The notes: generated from the sequence alone by a model not told the origin. Counted from the first letter of the stretch, positions 42,893-55,100 are shown. The stretch: 64,000 bases of DNA from Paramoeba atlantica (GCA_977017575.1 CDRNVI010000063.1:434001-498000); one strand, 5' to 3'. Translations and numbers: made by a program.

Positions 42893-45283
42893 TCAGATTG
42901 ATTCTGGCGGACGAGACGGCGTCCAGCGGCCAATCTCGTTCACAGGGACGGGTTCTCTCTCCACGCTGGATTCGTCGATTGTCAGGGAAGTGTATATTGA
43001 CGTAGGTGGGGTAGGCGACGAATTCATACAGTATTTCCCACGGAGAGGTGCTCGCACCGACAGGTGCGGCGACGCAGGCTCGCCCATTACGGTGCTGAGC
43101 CTCGTCTTCTTTAAGTGACGCGCGTTTAGCGCTGTCTGAACTTCGTACTGGTCCTCTAGCGATGTTCCCTCCCCCACTGCGTTCACGTAGTCCGCAAGTT
43201 CTTTCTCCATCGCTCGCTTCCTTTTTCTGGTTTGTAACGGGGCGGTTAAGTCGGCTTTCAGCGGGTCTACTAGGTATCTCGGGACCCGGGACTTCGGAGG
43301 ACTTGCGTCCGTGATAGAACCCTTCGGAAGCATGTGAACTACTCCTCGAGAGAAATCTTTTCGACACCATGTGGGGTTTTCGCCTTCGCCCATTTCGCGT
43401 AGCACCTCGCGCTCTGTGGTCAGGTACGGATAAGGTAGCGTCTGTTGAGGGATATGCCGATGAGGAGTGTAATAAGGGGTGGGAAGGTGGTGAGAGTCGA
43501 ATTTCTGAAGTCGAGAAACGGGAGTTCGTGGATGATCTTCGTCCATCGGGATGGGGGGTAGCATTGCTCCTGCCTCGCGTGGTTGTTGTTGTTGTTGTTG
43601 GAATGCCTCGAGTGGTGTGGGGAGGGATGGCGGGATTGATTCGCGAGGATCGGGAGTTTCTGAATGATCTTCCATCATCACGGGGGTTAACAAAGGTTCT
43701 TCCTCGCGTGACGTGGGGAGGGACGGCGGGATCGTGTTTGTTGGCTCGGGAAACCGTGATTCGAGAGGTGTCTGCAGCCGATGACTCACGCCTGTTGGTA
43801 CGGGGAGTATTGGTGGGTCTGTACGAGGGGTTCGGCTGGGGGAGAGCGGAGTGGAAATTACTCGTATGTTTTTTACACAGCTTGAAAAGCTTAGGCGTCT
43901 GGGGAGGCTCGCCCTCTGCAGGATTCCCCACCGATCTTTTGGTGTTGAGCAATTCGATTGAGTGACCACTCCCATCGTTTGATCGACGGATAGAATTGAG
44001 CTGGGTCCGTTCGTCGGTCTTACCTCTTTCCTCAATGACTCGGGAGTACTTTCCTGCTGTATTTGAATGCTTCCCGTCTCCACGATAGTTTCGAGCGGCA
44101 GGAGTGTCTCTTCGGCTGGTGTGAATCCTCTTTTCTCTGCCGACAGGGTAGTTCTTGGCTCGTCGAGATCTGGCTTTTCTTCTCTCCGGGATGTCGTGGC
44201 TTGATTGTGACAAATTTCCCGGGTCTGCGTCGTAGGATGCTCGAAAGGCACGGCTACGTATTGTCCTAGTTTTCGAGACACCTCTAATCCCGCTATCGCT
44301 CTTGGGTCTAGAAACGAGCCGAGATACGCCCGCAGGGAAGCTTCGGAAACGTGCCGAGTCAGTTGCTGTATCGCTACTGCATCTTCCCCAGCCGCCGCGA
44401 GATGCTGGAGCGCGCCGCGTCTGATGGAGTACAAGGTGTGTTTTTCTTTTAGAAGAGGGTGACGAGTAACAACTGGGATTTTTCTCAATCGCTGATCGAT
44501 TTGGTGTAGCTTCACCCCGGGGAATAATTGCTGTTCGTTTGCCTCTCGTCTCCGCCATATCTGATTCACCACAAGGTCGCTCCAAAATGCCGGAACGTAT
44601 ATTCTTACACAACGCGGACTTAAGCGTTCCGTGGTCGTGGTGTTTTTGCACATTTGGTACATCCATATACTTAATTGCAATTCGTGGTTGTTCTCCATCA
44701 TCGCTATATCGCATACTTTCTGGTTTATCAGGTCTCCTGGTCGCTGGCCCGAAAGCCAGTAGATTATCAGGAATGTTTTTTCCTCGTCGCAGAGCCCCGG
44801 TCCGGCGAGGAAACTCTTCAAACCGGCTAGATCCATGGGACACGCTCTTATTGCTGGACTCGCCCTCCGGTGCATCGCTCCTTTGAGGGCTTCTATTTTC
44901 TTTAATGGGAGCGGCGATCCTCGCAAAGCGTATTCGTTCCCCAAATGGCAAAAGTATTGAGCAACGGTTTGTCCCTTTAAACCTTCTGTTTCGTTCAGAT
45001 GCACCGCAAATGCGGCTAGGTATATCTCCTCCTCGAGGTAATGTCCGTAGTCTCGGAGCCGCCCCACATAACTTTGATACCGTCGCCATATGCGACGCAT
45101 AATGTCCCTTGTTCCTTCCGCGAACTTCTCGCGAAAGACATTTTCGGCTTTCAAAACTTCTTGGCAGACTGTTTCTTCTGATAATTGCTGTATAACTATA
45201 TTTTTTGGTATTTTTGTTTGTAATAATGACCCCTCTTTTGGGAAAGATCGGCCGGCGCCGAGGAAACTTTGCATTAGGTGCAC
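42893..45283 (-). CDS. Tyrosine recombinase of YR-3, unit 1, with a long low-complexity extension
   Basis: Same catalytic motifs; overlapped by the 42633..45578 frame whose end (WPLDAVSSARINLTELVRM) resembles the pre-RT segment of YR-2. Confidence 0.82.
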   Translation of the reverse strand: MHLMQSFLGAGRSFPKEGSLLQTKIPKNIVIQQLSEETVCQEVLKAENVFREKFAEGTRDIMRRIWRRYQSYVGRLRDYGHYLEEEIYLAAFAVHLNETEGLKGQTVAQYFCHLGNEYALRGSPLPLKKIEALKGAMHRRASPAIRACPMDLAGLKSFLAGPGLCDEEKTFLIIYWLSGQRPGDLINQKVCDIAMMENNHELQLSIWMYQMCKNTTTTERLSPRCVRIYVPAFWSDLVVNQIWRRREANEQQLFPGVKLHQIDQRLRKIPVVTRHPLLKEKHTLYSIRRGALQHLAAAGEDAVAIQQLTRHVSEASLRAYLGSFLDPRAIAGLEVSRKLGQYVAVPFEHPTTQTREICHNQATTSRREEKPDLDEPRTTLSAEKRGFTPAEETLLPLETIVETGSIQIQQESTPESLRKEVRPTNGPSSILSVDQTMGVVTQSNCSTPKDRWGILQRASLPRRLSFSSCVKNIRVISTPLSPSRTPRTDPPILPVPTGVSHRLQTPLESRFPEPTNTIPPSLPTSREEEPLLTPVMMEDHSETPDPRESIPPSLPTPLEAFQQQQQQPREAGAMLPPIPMDEDHPRTPVSRLQKFDSHHLPTPYYTPHRHIPQQTLPYPYLTTEREVLREMGEGENPTWCRKDFSRGVVHMLPKGSITDASPPKSRVPRYLVDPLKADLTAPLQTRKRKRAMEKELADYVNAVGEGTSLEDQYEVQTALNARHLKKTRLSTVMGEPASPHLSVRAPLRGKYCMNSSPTPPTSIYTSLTIDESSVEREPVPVNEIGRWTPSRPPESI

Positions 45284-45340
45284 TGTACGGTCTTCTCCCT
45301 CCCCGTACAGTTTGATGGGGCGTCCGGCCCCGGGGCCGAG

Positions 45341-46126
45341 TCACTGAGACCCGGCGATGTTGTGGCCGTTTCGGGAGGCCATTCCCCGTCCACCTCGGGC
45401 GCGCCCTACGCCTCGGAAAGGTCCTCGAAAACGCTCTCCGTACCCGCGCCCTCCTCCGTTTTTTGCGTTCATAGCGGCTCCTTGCGCGATCGACATATTT
45501 TGGTAATACGACATGGTCGCCTCGTGCGCCTGGGTATATTGATCGTCCATCGGGGCGCTCCGCGCAGTTTCTTTCCAATAGCGGCCGTATTCTCGACCAA
45601 ACTTATGTTTGTAACGAAGATAGTGCAAATTCTCAAACGCGGGCTCCACTGAAACCATCGAAAACGGACGTCCTGCTCGCGCGTGCAACCCGCAATCTTG
45701 GAGGTGTTTCGAGATCGTGTCGAGACTTTCTCTCAAACTTATGGCATCCCCCGCAACCGCACCAGGATCTTTTGAGTTTCCAAATTGTTTGCGAATTTCA
45801 TGCTCCAATCGTCCAATTAAATTGTCCCGGTATAGATCACTGCAGAAATGTCGGTATTCCCATTCTTTTGGGCGGAAAAGCTTTTCGTGGGGGAGGTCAT
45901 GGGCCGCAGGATCATACCCGCCAGGCGCCGACACACTCTTTGCTGCCATTCCCAGAGCTTCCCGAATTTGCGCGGATTGCCGCTCCACCGTAGCTTCCAA
46001 CATACCGATGCGCTCTTGATCAATCTTCGTTGACGCCATGAGTTCCTCCATACGCTGCATCATTCTGGTATTATCCCCCAACTGCTGGATCACATCTCTC
46101 GGAGAGGGTGGCTGACCTTCGGCCAT
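45341..46126 (-). CDS. Gag-like ORF1 of YR-3, unit 1
   Basis: Same protein as 41584..42369 (MAEGQPPSP...). Confidence 0.6.
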   Translation of the reverse strand: MAEGQPPSPRDVIQQLGDNTRMMQRMEELMASTKIDQERIGMLEATVERQSAQIREALGMAAKSVSAPGGYDPAAHDLPHEKLFRPKEWEYRHFCSDLYRDNLIGRLEHEIRKQFGNSKDPGAVAGDAISLRESLDTISKHLQDCGLHARAGRPFSMVSVEPAFENLHYLRYKHKFGREYGRYWKETARSAPMDDQYTQAHEATMSYYQNMSIAQGAAMNAKNGGGRGYGERFRGPFRGVGRARGGRGMASRNGHNIAGSQ

Positions 46127-46527
46127 GGGAATGGACGATTGGTTAGTAGTTTTCCGAAAACGAAAGCGTTCTAAAATATATATATATCTTTCGGAAAACC
46201 CCAACAGAAATACTCTGATTTTTTTATGCTATAAAAAATCCATTTATACTAAATTATCTTTTTTTTTTATGGGGTGGAATAAGTCTTGCATTTGAAAGTA
46301 CCCATTGTGAGTCTGCGGTGTAGATTGTGGTTGCGCAGGTGTAAGGGCAGCGGGAGGAGAAAATTTTTTTTTTTTTTTTTTTTCGTACATGGAGGTAGAA
46401 CTTTCAACCCATTCATATCATGATGTACATTATCAGATATCTTACTCCTGTGATTCACATTCAGATTCATATTACACATTCATATCTCGTTTTCCAATCC
46501 ACCGACATCACATCCACCGACATCCAC

Positions 46528-46859
46528 CGACATCACATCAGATTCTTCGCCTGTGGTATCATCGGAGGCGCCTTCGCAATCTTCAGGATGTTTGGATGAA
46601 TCTCTCTCCTCATCGGAATCATTCTCGGACTCTTGTGAGGTCGGCCTTGCATCAGAAAATTTTATCCTTGGCCGTCGGTAGTTGCTATGTACCTCGTGGT
46701 CGGCCCAGTTCGGCGATAATTCCTTTGCACTCATAATAACTCTCACACGGGGGGTTTTCTTTGGCTTATCGAGCGTTGATCCCCTCTTCATAATTTGTTC
46801 GGCGTTTTGCGTGTTCATACGAGTAAAAATAAAAATAAAAACAACAACAAGGTACAGAA
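46528..46859 (-). pseudogene. SL-capped 5' end of the 35831 CRE element (SL fragment 46845-46859, ATG 46818)
   Basis: TTCTGTACCTTGTTG; KKTPRVRVIMSAKELSPNWADHE matches KKTPKIKIIGSKTLAPNWADHE in the intact family-A ORF. Confidence 0.8.
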
Positions 46860-46931
46860 CCCTCTTTCTCCCACCAAACACTGGAAATTGCTCCCCCATG
46901 CCTGTAGGCCACGTGGTGGTAATAGTACTGC

Positions 46932-47077
46932 TAACCTAACTCCTCTCCAAGCGGAGGTCAGCCGTAGCTTGCTATGGCTGGCTCTCCGGATACGTCGCAA
47001 GACGTATTCGGACTGCCCGTTTGGGGAGTTGAGGGGCCATAACTTTTCGGAGTCAAAAGGCCCAATACATCATCATC
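46932..47077 (+). mobile_element. 146-bp copy of the (CAT)n-tailed structured retro-insertion, 11-bp TSD
   Basis: TSD AATAGTACTGC at 46921-46931 and 47078-47088; reverse complement of about 39938-40083. Confidence 0.85.
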
Positions 47078-47256
47078 AATAGTACTGCCACTGCCCTCCG
47101 TGGGCTTGCGTCTTCCAGGTACACCCATCTGCAGGGCACTCTCGTTGCGGCGGATCTTCCTCAGAAATGGGCGGGGTCGCAGGAACCTGGTCACTTGCCA
47201 GGGTCGGGGCCTGAGGAGTGGTCACTCGTGATACGTTTTCCGTAGGTCTGATACGT

Positions 47257-47352
47257 TTTCTTTTGTTAAGACCCTTTCTTTTGTTAAGACCCTTTCTTTT
47301 GTTAAGACCCTTTCTTTTGTTAAGACCCTTTCTTTTGTTAAGACCCTTTCTT
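47257..47352. repeat. Type-1 18-bp array, about 5 units
   Basis: Read directly. Confidence 0.95.
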
Positions 47353-47481
47353 ACGTTATCCCTCCGGGTGTAGATCCTTAAGCTTTTTTTTTTTTTCGTA
47401 TTCCTAATTTATCCTCCTACCTTTTCCACTTCTTCCTATTACTACCTTATCCACCAAATAAGTCCAGACTCGGACTCGACT

Positions 47482-50097
47482 CTAATAAGCATACTCATCT
47501 TTCGGATCCGGTAAGTAGCTACGCAATTGCGCCTGAACTATCGCTCCATTCAATTCCTGTTGAAGAAGCACAAAATCATTCAGAATCGCCTTGGGTTCGC
47601 GGTAGACCTTTTCCGCCAGGAGCTGTAGTAGAGATTTTGTGTTATTGTGGAGAGCCCCGCAGGACAATATAGGGAGGCATTGAAATTGATCATTTCGCAA
47701 CATAGTTGATTTTACATATTTCGCATGCTTCCGAGCGATGGCGTCCTGCAACGCCTTTTGTGCTGATACCCTTTCATAAGAAGGTGATAGCTCATGTACC
47801 ACGGTTAGGTCATAGTACGTCGCGCCAGAAGCCCAATATATCACAAGGTCAGGGCCTGATCGGTGCAATGCTGCACCCCGACATAATTTCGCGTGTTCGA
47901 TCTTGTTTTCTTCGCTTAACACTTGTGAACATGCAGAGCAAGTGTAAGAGGTAAATTCTCTGGGCTCACGGGCGCATGGCAGACCTGCTTTCAGACATAA
48001 CTCATAAATATATCTCGTCAGAGAATTATGTTTGGTTGTCGCGTTAATTCCAGAACAGCGTACGCATCCAGGTATGTGGGTCATAGCGCTAGCTGCATCT
48101 AATAGAGTCCTGCAACCTGGGCACAGTAGAGAGTCGGGAAGTTTGGGATGACGAATACCAAGCCTTGGCATCACAGAAAGCGTAAATTGCATTGGAGGGA
48201 TGTATCTTTCGGTGGCGTGTATCCATTGGTAGCTTCCTTTTCTGGACGTCGCTGATATAATTCTACCGATTTTGGGATCTTTACACAGCTCTTCTTTCAC
48301 TTGTTTGTGCAACTTGAGATCTACTGCCCCTTCTTCGTCCGGCACTACCCTCGAGATCGACATCCCCAAGTGTCTCCCATCCTGAGCTGAATATACTTTT
48401 CGGCGCTCTAAGGATGCGTGACGAGAAGCTGCATATGAATTTTCCCGTAGTGCATAAGTTGATGAAAGGCCGAAACCTCCCATTTTCAGCGGCATTCTGG
48501 CCCACTTCAGTTGCATATCCGATAGTTTGCCAAACCACGACTTTAAGACTCTATCGACCTCCGTGTCGAATTCCGACGCAATTTTTTCGGTAGCTTGAGG
48601 CTTGTGGACTCTAATGTGAAACCTATGACGAACGTTAACGCTCTTGGACAAAATCAGGGATGAAAAATTGCTCGCCCCCATTTTTTGGAGCCGGCGAAAT
48701 ATATTTTTGTGCTTCTCCAGCTTTTGTATCAAAAGTTCGCTCACAGGCATATCTTCTCCGATAAAGGCACCTAATATTTTTATTGCAATCGTTTCCTTCT
48801 TCACTCCCGCTTGCAATAAATCTTCAGGTATGTCAGATCCGCTCTTTCCTTGAAAAAATATACATTTGTTGCGCGCCAGTTGGACCTTTCTTTGTTCTAG
48901 CAGTCCCTGCAGTCGGAAAAACGCTTTGGATAGCGCTTCACTATCATCTGACGCCATACTAATGTCGTCTATGTATGCCAACACTTTAATATTTGGGAAT
49001 TCATTAGCAATTGTGGCCAGAATCGGCTGTATGAAAGCACAGAAAAGAAGTGTTGACATTGGCGACCCTTGACGAACTCCTGTTGCGCTACTCACGGTGC
49101 CGCACATCCTTCCATGTACTCCATAGTATAGTAATTCTGAGGGCTCTGAATATTCGGCTGCAAAGAGACGTTGGAACGGGCGTAATGTTGCGTAGCCGAA
49201 AACGCACTTTGCAATTTCGTCTCGATTCGGAGAATTAAAAGCATTTCTCAGATCAATAGTTACTATGGCGTTGCCTTTATTGTAAAGATCGTGAAGATTA
49301 TGCACTACCTGTTCGCATCCGGATCTCGCCAGCACTCCGAACTGCCATGGCTCGAAAAGAGTGGCCAATGAATGCTCGTAACGCTGAAGAAGTACCACTT
49401 CCGCTAGCTTTAAGAAGATTTCTCCCACAGCTACCGGACGAACCCCTCCGTCAACTTTGGGAATCGCTATTAGCCTGGCCCTCTTCAGACGTACCATGAC
49501 TGACTTTTCAAGACGTCCATTTATGAGGTCCGCCATCATGTGGCATAGTGCAGTGCAAGAAATCTCGTCGTCTAATAATAACCTCACAATGCAATCAGTC
49601 GTGCCTGTCGGCCCCGGCGCTGCACCCTTGGCCAAATTACGACCTGCTGCCCGTAGTTCCTCGGTAGTTAATGCTGCTATGCATGGTGCATCTGATGGTA
49701 AATTGAAAGTGCAATCAGCGGTGGGGTGCAAATCTCTAAGCTTTGATAGCACTTCCTCATCGGAAAGTTTTGTCGGGCACGTCTGCTGATCAAGAACTTT
49801 TGTTGCTTTCGTTGTGCACCCTTCAAGCATAAGGCGCGTCGCCTTTTTAATAGCTCGCGCATCGATCGATTCCTCACTCATTTGATCCTCGTGTTCCATG
49901 TTTTCATTGAAAGGACGCCGCCGTCTGCGCTTAAGACTCGCTTCTCGAACCGCTGTCAACGAGAACTTCATAGCCGACAGGACTTTGTGCCAGATAATCC
50001 GTCGATACTCGTAGGTGCTGTCTGAGTATTCTCTCATTATGTCACGGTAAATCGCGACCGCGCAGGGGGCGAATTCTGGTTCTATCGTTTTGGCTTT
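47482..50097 (-). mobile_element. 5'-truncated family-A CRE element with an open RT-RLE frame, starting at a type-1 array
   Basis: GVRQGSPMS, AYIDDISM, SGPDLVIYW...YYDLTVVH; the frame stays open upstream of 50037 (KTIEPEFAPCAVAIYRDIM) up to the array. Confidence 0.9.
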
Positions 50098-50320
50098 CTT
50101 TTGTTAAGACCCTTTCTTTTGTTAAGACCCTTTCTTTTGTTAAGACCCTTTCTTTTGTTAAGACCCTTTCTTTTGTTAAGACCCTTTCTTTTGTTAAGAC
50201 CCTTTCTTTTGTTAAGACCCTTTCTTTTGTTAAGACCCTTTCTTTTGTTAAGACCCTTTCTTTTGTTAAGACCCTTTCTTTTGTTAAGACCCTTTCTTTT
50301 GTTAAGACCCTTTCTTTTGT
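50094..50320. repeat. Type-1 18-bp array, about 12 units
   Basis: Read directly. Confidence 0.96.
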
Positions 50321-50643
50321 TTTGTGTCCCTTGCCAGACTGTGAAATCCAGCGAGTTCGGGTCTTAATGTCTGCGTTGTAAAATGCTTGCCCGAATTCGT
50401 GTGATCTTTGTTGCTATTACAATAGATTTCAAAATATCTGCATAATCATCGAGTATGATGCGCGCTGTCTAAACTAAAAACACCATGAACTAACGACTGG
50501 GAAGTCTCCATTCGCATAATCCGCGGTTTGGCCTATTCGTGATGTGGATAGATGTTTCAGTGCGCTAAGGAGAAATCTGATAGTGATCTTAGTAATGATA
50601 AAATCTTGTAATAATAACATCTTGTAATATGAGATGACCTGTT

Positions 50644-52108
50644 TTATTGCATTGTCTTTCGCAGTTGCGAAGCCAGGAGAGCTCCGTTCAATTCTTGAAG
50701 AAGCAACTTGAAGTCCTCAAGAATATGACGGCGTTCGAATCCGTTTGCATCCGCGAGGCTATGGAGGAAATTTATAGTGCTCTTGTTCATGGCACCACCT
50801 GTCAAAAGCGGTAGGCATACGAATTGCTCGCGCGGAATTAAATTGGAGTCCACATATGTTGCGACTTTCTTTTTTTGAGCCTCTTGTAATAGGTGACTCG
50901 CTTTTTTTCCCAAGTGTGATTTCGCAAGTTCGTTGACTACTGTGAGATCGTAATAAACTTCGCCCGTCGCCCAGAACACAACTAAGTCAGGTCCACTGCG
51001 GTGAAACGAATGTGTGCCACATTTCCTCTGATGATGTAGTGAAAGTTGAAAGGGCAACTTGCGGGTCTTCTAGGCTTTGTATTGCCAGGAGAGTGTCTAC
51101 AGCGGGGTCGATTGCATGTTCCTCTAGGTAGGTACGACAAAATTCGGAAGAACCTATGGGGCTCCCAAGAATAGAAAAATTGCCTTGGAAATTCTTTTGT
51201 TCGCGAGGGATTTGATAAAAAATGTCTGTCTGCATTGCTGAAGCAGGGTGGGTGATAATTTCGCACTTCTCCGGGTTGAGAAACATACCCCACTTAGGCC
51301 CCACTTCCGCTATCACGCGCAGAGCATTTTGTACTTCGTATGATGGACCTGCCAAGACTCCGTCGTCAAGGTACCACATGTGGAGCTGAAGTCCTCCGGA
51401 CGAAATTTTAATTTCTTCCGAAACTTGGAGCATGACGAGGGAAAAAAGTAGTGGCCCTAAGGGGTCGCCTTGTTGCGCGCCTTCCTCGGATGAAATTCGG
51501 ATTTGGCCATAGGTCAGAGCACTTGTAGTACCGTAGCACCACTCCACCCAGCGTGAAAGCTCTGGAAAGTAATGTCGTGTCAACGCAATGAAGGCGGCAC
51601 GAGAAACATTGTTGAACGCGTTCTTCAGATCTACTTTACAGAGGACGAAATCGGAGTTCTCAGAATTTTCGTGCATTGTTTTTCGACAAAGGTGAATTAG
51701 ACGCTCAGCTCCAGCAGGTGTGGCTACCCCAAATTGTGTTCCGGCGAAAAGTTCACGTGCCTTAGTTCGTACTGCTAGACATGCTGCTTTGCTAGTCAAA
51801 CGGCGTAATGTCTCCCCGGCAGCTATCGGTCGTACACCACTCTCCCCTTTTCTGAGTGCACACAGTCGCGCGCCAGCAAACGCTTCTTGCACGTCCAACG
51901 GTGCTTTGCCTTCGAGGAGGTGATTCGTGAGAGCTGTTAGTGCAGAGAGCGGTGTGACGTCGAGATCTTCATTGACGAGTAGTGCAGCTTGAAGGTGTTC
52001 TGCCCGCAGCCCCATAGTCCCGCTGGATGACCCTCGGTGAAAACCTTTTAGTGCGTTTCGTACATCCGTTTCTCCTAGTGTAAGCACCCCCGGGCCTAGG
52101 GGAGGCAT
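50644..52108 (-). pseudogene. Chimera: family-B RT fragment joined to a family-A endonuclease fragment
   Basis: GAQQGDPLGPLLF / WYLDDG up to EDPQVAL, then HQRKCGTHSFHRSGPDLVVFW in another frame; junction near 51045. Confidence 0.8.
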
Positions 52109-52146
52109 ATCTACGGGCGGCTCTTTTTTTTTTTTTTTTTTTTTTT

Positions 52147-55100
52147 ATATGATTTTAAAACAAGCAATCAAATTAGCAATTTCATATTTTGGAGCCCAAA
52201 ACTAGAAATTCGATCTCCCGTAAGTATAAGAACATTAAAAACAATAACAATAAAAACAAGCAATATATGCCCAATCCATTCGCGCGTTCCGGACCGGGTC
52301 TTTCGACCTCTCCACGGCCTGACTTGTGAACCCTTCCCTTGTTATATGGGAGGGCGCAGGCGCGGGCCTGTGTCGACAGCGACACGGTCGCGAAACAGGA
52401 TGCTGGCCGACGGGGAGGAAGTTTTAGTTCCCGACCCATGTCCTACCTCACTTGGAGTACCTAGCCCTTGAGGGCTAGGCGTGAGCATAGACCCTGTCGG
52501 CATCGACCAGCATCCAGACCAGCCATCTATGAGGGCGCAAACGTGGGTCTGTGCTGACTGCCGTCCGGTCAGGAAACGTTTACTCCCCCAAGCAAGAAAA
52601 CGGGTCATCAGGGAGAAGGCGATTAACCATCATGCGGGCCTGAAGGCGCATGAGGGTCACGTTTAACTCCGTGAAGATTCTGCTCGTCGCCCCCCCTTCT
52701 GTCAATAACCCGCACGAGGCGTGCGAAAGCCGTTCTCCAACTTTACGGAGTACTGCGGATGCACCGCTGCTCCACGCACCGTAGCTCTCCACCACCATGG
52801 CGGTGAAGGCACAGCCGGCTTCTTCAGATTCGTGTCTCTGCTGGCCCTTTTGCGTTGATGAATATTGTTCAGCAAATGACCCCGCGGTTACCCAGCTAGC
52901 ATTCCGGACTTTGTCCGTATATTTTAGTTGCTGAGCATGGGTGACCGCGAAGTCAAGTACAATCGGATTCCCCAACTGGAGACCGGGCAAATAGACATCA
53001 CCGGGTCTGGTGAGGGCGCCCCCTGGACCTCTGTTGCCAAGACTTTTTTCTCGTTGTGGGGCCAGTTTGGCTCTGCTGCAAAGGTCGGCGAACTGATCTG
53101 CCACGGCATTATGCCTCGTGATAATTCCATTGCCGTGTTTGCAGGACAATACGTGGTCCCCTTTGGTGTCCAGTGGGAGAGAACATTTCGGCATAGGGCA
53201 TTTCCCTTCTTCAGGGTAGACGTCGATCCCTAACCACCAGCGGGCCAAGGTTCGAAACTCTGTAGGAGTAAAGGAATACCCCATGTCCTTAGACGGGGTT
53301 ACAAAAGCCCAACTGCTTGCCCCTTTCCCGCATTGAGATATCCATCTTGTTCGTGTTCGCACATCTGACATCTCGTACGAATGAGAGAAATCATAGGCCG
53401 CGATCGCGTAGCTGATGTCTCGTTGGCGTGGAATCTTCCCTTTCCTCCATTGTGGGGGATCTGTATCAGTACAATCCTCCGAGGCATATAATGGTGTAGA
53501 TAAGTGGATATCTTCAGGGATGTGCATGGTGCGGGAAGTTGTACGGAGCGCGGGTGGTAGGGAGTTCTCTGAGGGAGGGTTATCGTTGACACTTAGGGTA
53601 CGTTTCCTTTTTCGGTAAAAGAAGGGACTACTAACTGCTTTTTCGCAAGGGGCGTTCGGCGTTGTAAGGATCCGACCTCGGGGATCAAGTAAAGATGTTC
53701 CAGCTTTCTGGTTGATGTCCCTGACAGCTTCCACAAATCCATCCGCATCAGAGGGGTTCCATGAATCTTTGTCCGCAGAGAAGGCGACGGAAGATACGTA
53801 TGCGGCAGTGGCGTGTAACGCTGCGGATCTTAACCCAAAACCGCCGTGCCGCTTCAAACGTTGTGCCTGAGATCGGGCGTAGGGGTCCAGGGGGCAAATT
53901 ATAGCTTCGGTGGCGGTCATAAGAAAATCGTCGAGTCGGGCGCAGAGATGGGCTATGGTTTGGGGTGGTGTGCTTCTCAGGGCGTAGACCATCTGGCAGA
54001 AACCGGCACACTGCCTGATAAGAGCGAGTGCAACCTGTGGGTCCCGAATGGTGGCGATCGCGTCGAGCGTATCCTCAGCGGGGCCTATGGCGTGGATCGC
54101 GAGATACTCTGAGCAGTGTTCGGGCGATCCCACCGGGCTTCCAAGGATGTCGAAATTGCCATGGACGTTGATCTTATTGACGGGTATGTCTGGAAATTCA
54201 GAGGCGTGGTGTGACGAGGTCGGGGGTGTAATGATCTCGCATTTAGACATGTTAAGGAATAAGCCCCATTGCGGACCTACTCTGGCAATCGTGTCGAGGG
54301 CGTTCCTGACGTCTTGCGCCTGGCCAATGAGGACACCGTCGTCGAGGTACCACAGCTGGGCGAAGAGGTCCGCCTGAAGATCGATTGCTTCTGAGAGCGC
54401 TAAGGACACTAATGAGAAGAGTAGTGGTCCTAAAGGGTCGCCCTGCTGCACTCCTTCTTCGGAAGAAAGTGATCGGAGTCCGTAGGTAAGGGAGCTGGGA
54501 TTTGCGTAGCACCAGTTTATCCATGGGAATAGCTCAGGGAAATGTTCCTGGACTAGAGGTAGAAAGCAAGCTCTGCTCACGTTGTTGAACGCGTTCCGGA
54601 TGTCAACTTTGCATAGTACAAAATTGGGGCAATCCATGTTCGATGAAATAGCCAAGCGGCACATGTGGATTATGCGCTCAGCCCCTGCTGGTGTAGCTAC
54701 ACCATATTGCCGACCAGCGAAAAGAGTACTAGCTTTGGACCGAACCGCGTTGCACGCAGCCTTGCTCACCAACCGTCTCACAGTTTCTCCTGCGGCAATT
54801 GGGCGGACGTCGTTTTCGCCTTTCTCTAAAGCGCACAGCCGGGCTCCAGCAAAGTGACTCTGTACTTCCACTGGTGCTTTTCCCGCTAGGAGGTGATTCG
54901 CCAGCTTCGTTAGAGACTGGAGTTAATTAATGTTCTTGCCTCCGTGGGTAAGTATCGCCGCTTGTAAGTGCTCGGGGCGCAGTCCCATTGTGCCCGCGGA
55001 GGAGCCTCGGTGAAAACCCCTTACCGCCTTCTCAATTTCGGATTCGTCCAACTCCAGGGGTGCTGCAGCGGGGAAGTGGTTGACGCTCCCAGGGATGAGC

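Larger units (their letters stand above)
38900..46270 (-). mobile_element. Tyrosine-recombinase retroelement YR-3: RT-deleted, internally duplicated (two gag-YR units), with split direct repeats
   Basis: A repeat at about 46143-46268, 42385-42503 and 39093-39182; B repeat at about 42504-42723 and 38902-39121; a T-run+AT core at both ends and at the internal B/A junction. Confidence 0.85.

Noticed and set aside
52290-52330. Group II intron domain V in the family-B 3' UTR (GCCG...GGTCGAAAGACC CGGT)
   Set aside because: The bulge is on the wrong side and no domain VI follows; treated as an ordinary GNRA hairpin.
23070-54925. Stop-codon reassignment (TAA as Glu, as in Blastocrithidia) suggested by in-frame TAA at 23070 and 54923
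   Set aside because: ORFs of over 1100 aa have no internal stops under the standard code, and the intact paralog has GAA at the first site; these are isolated mutations.
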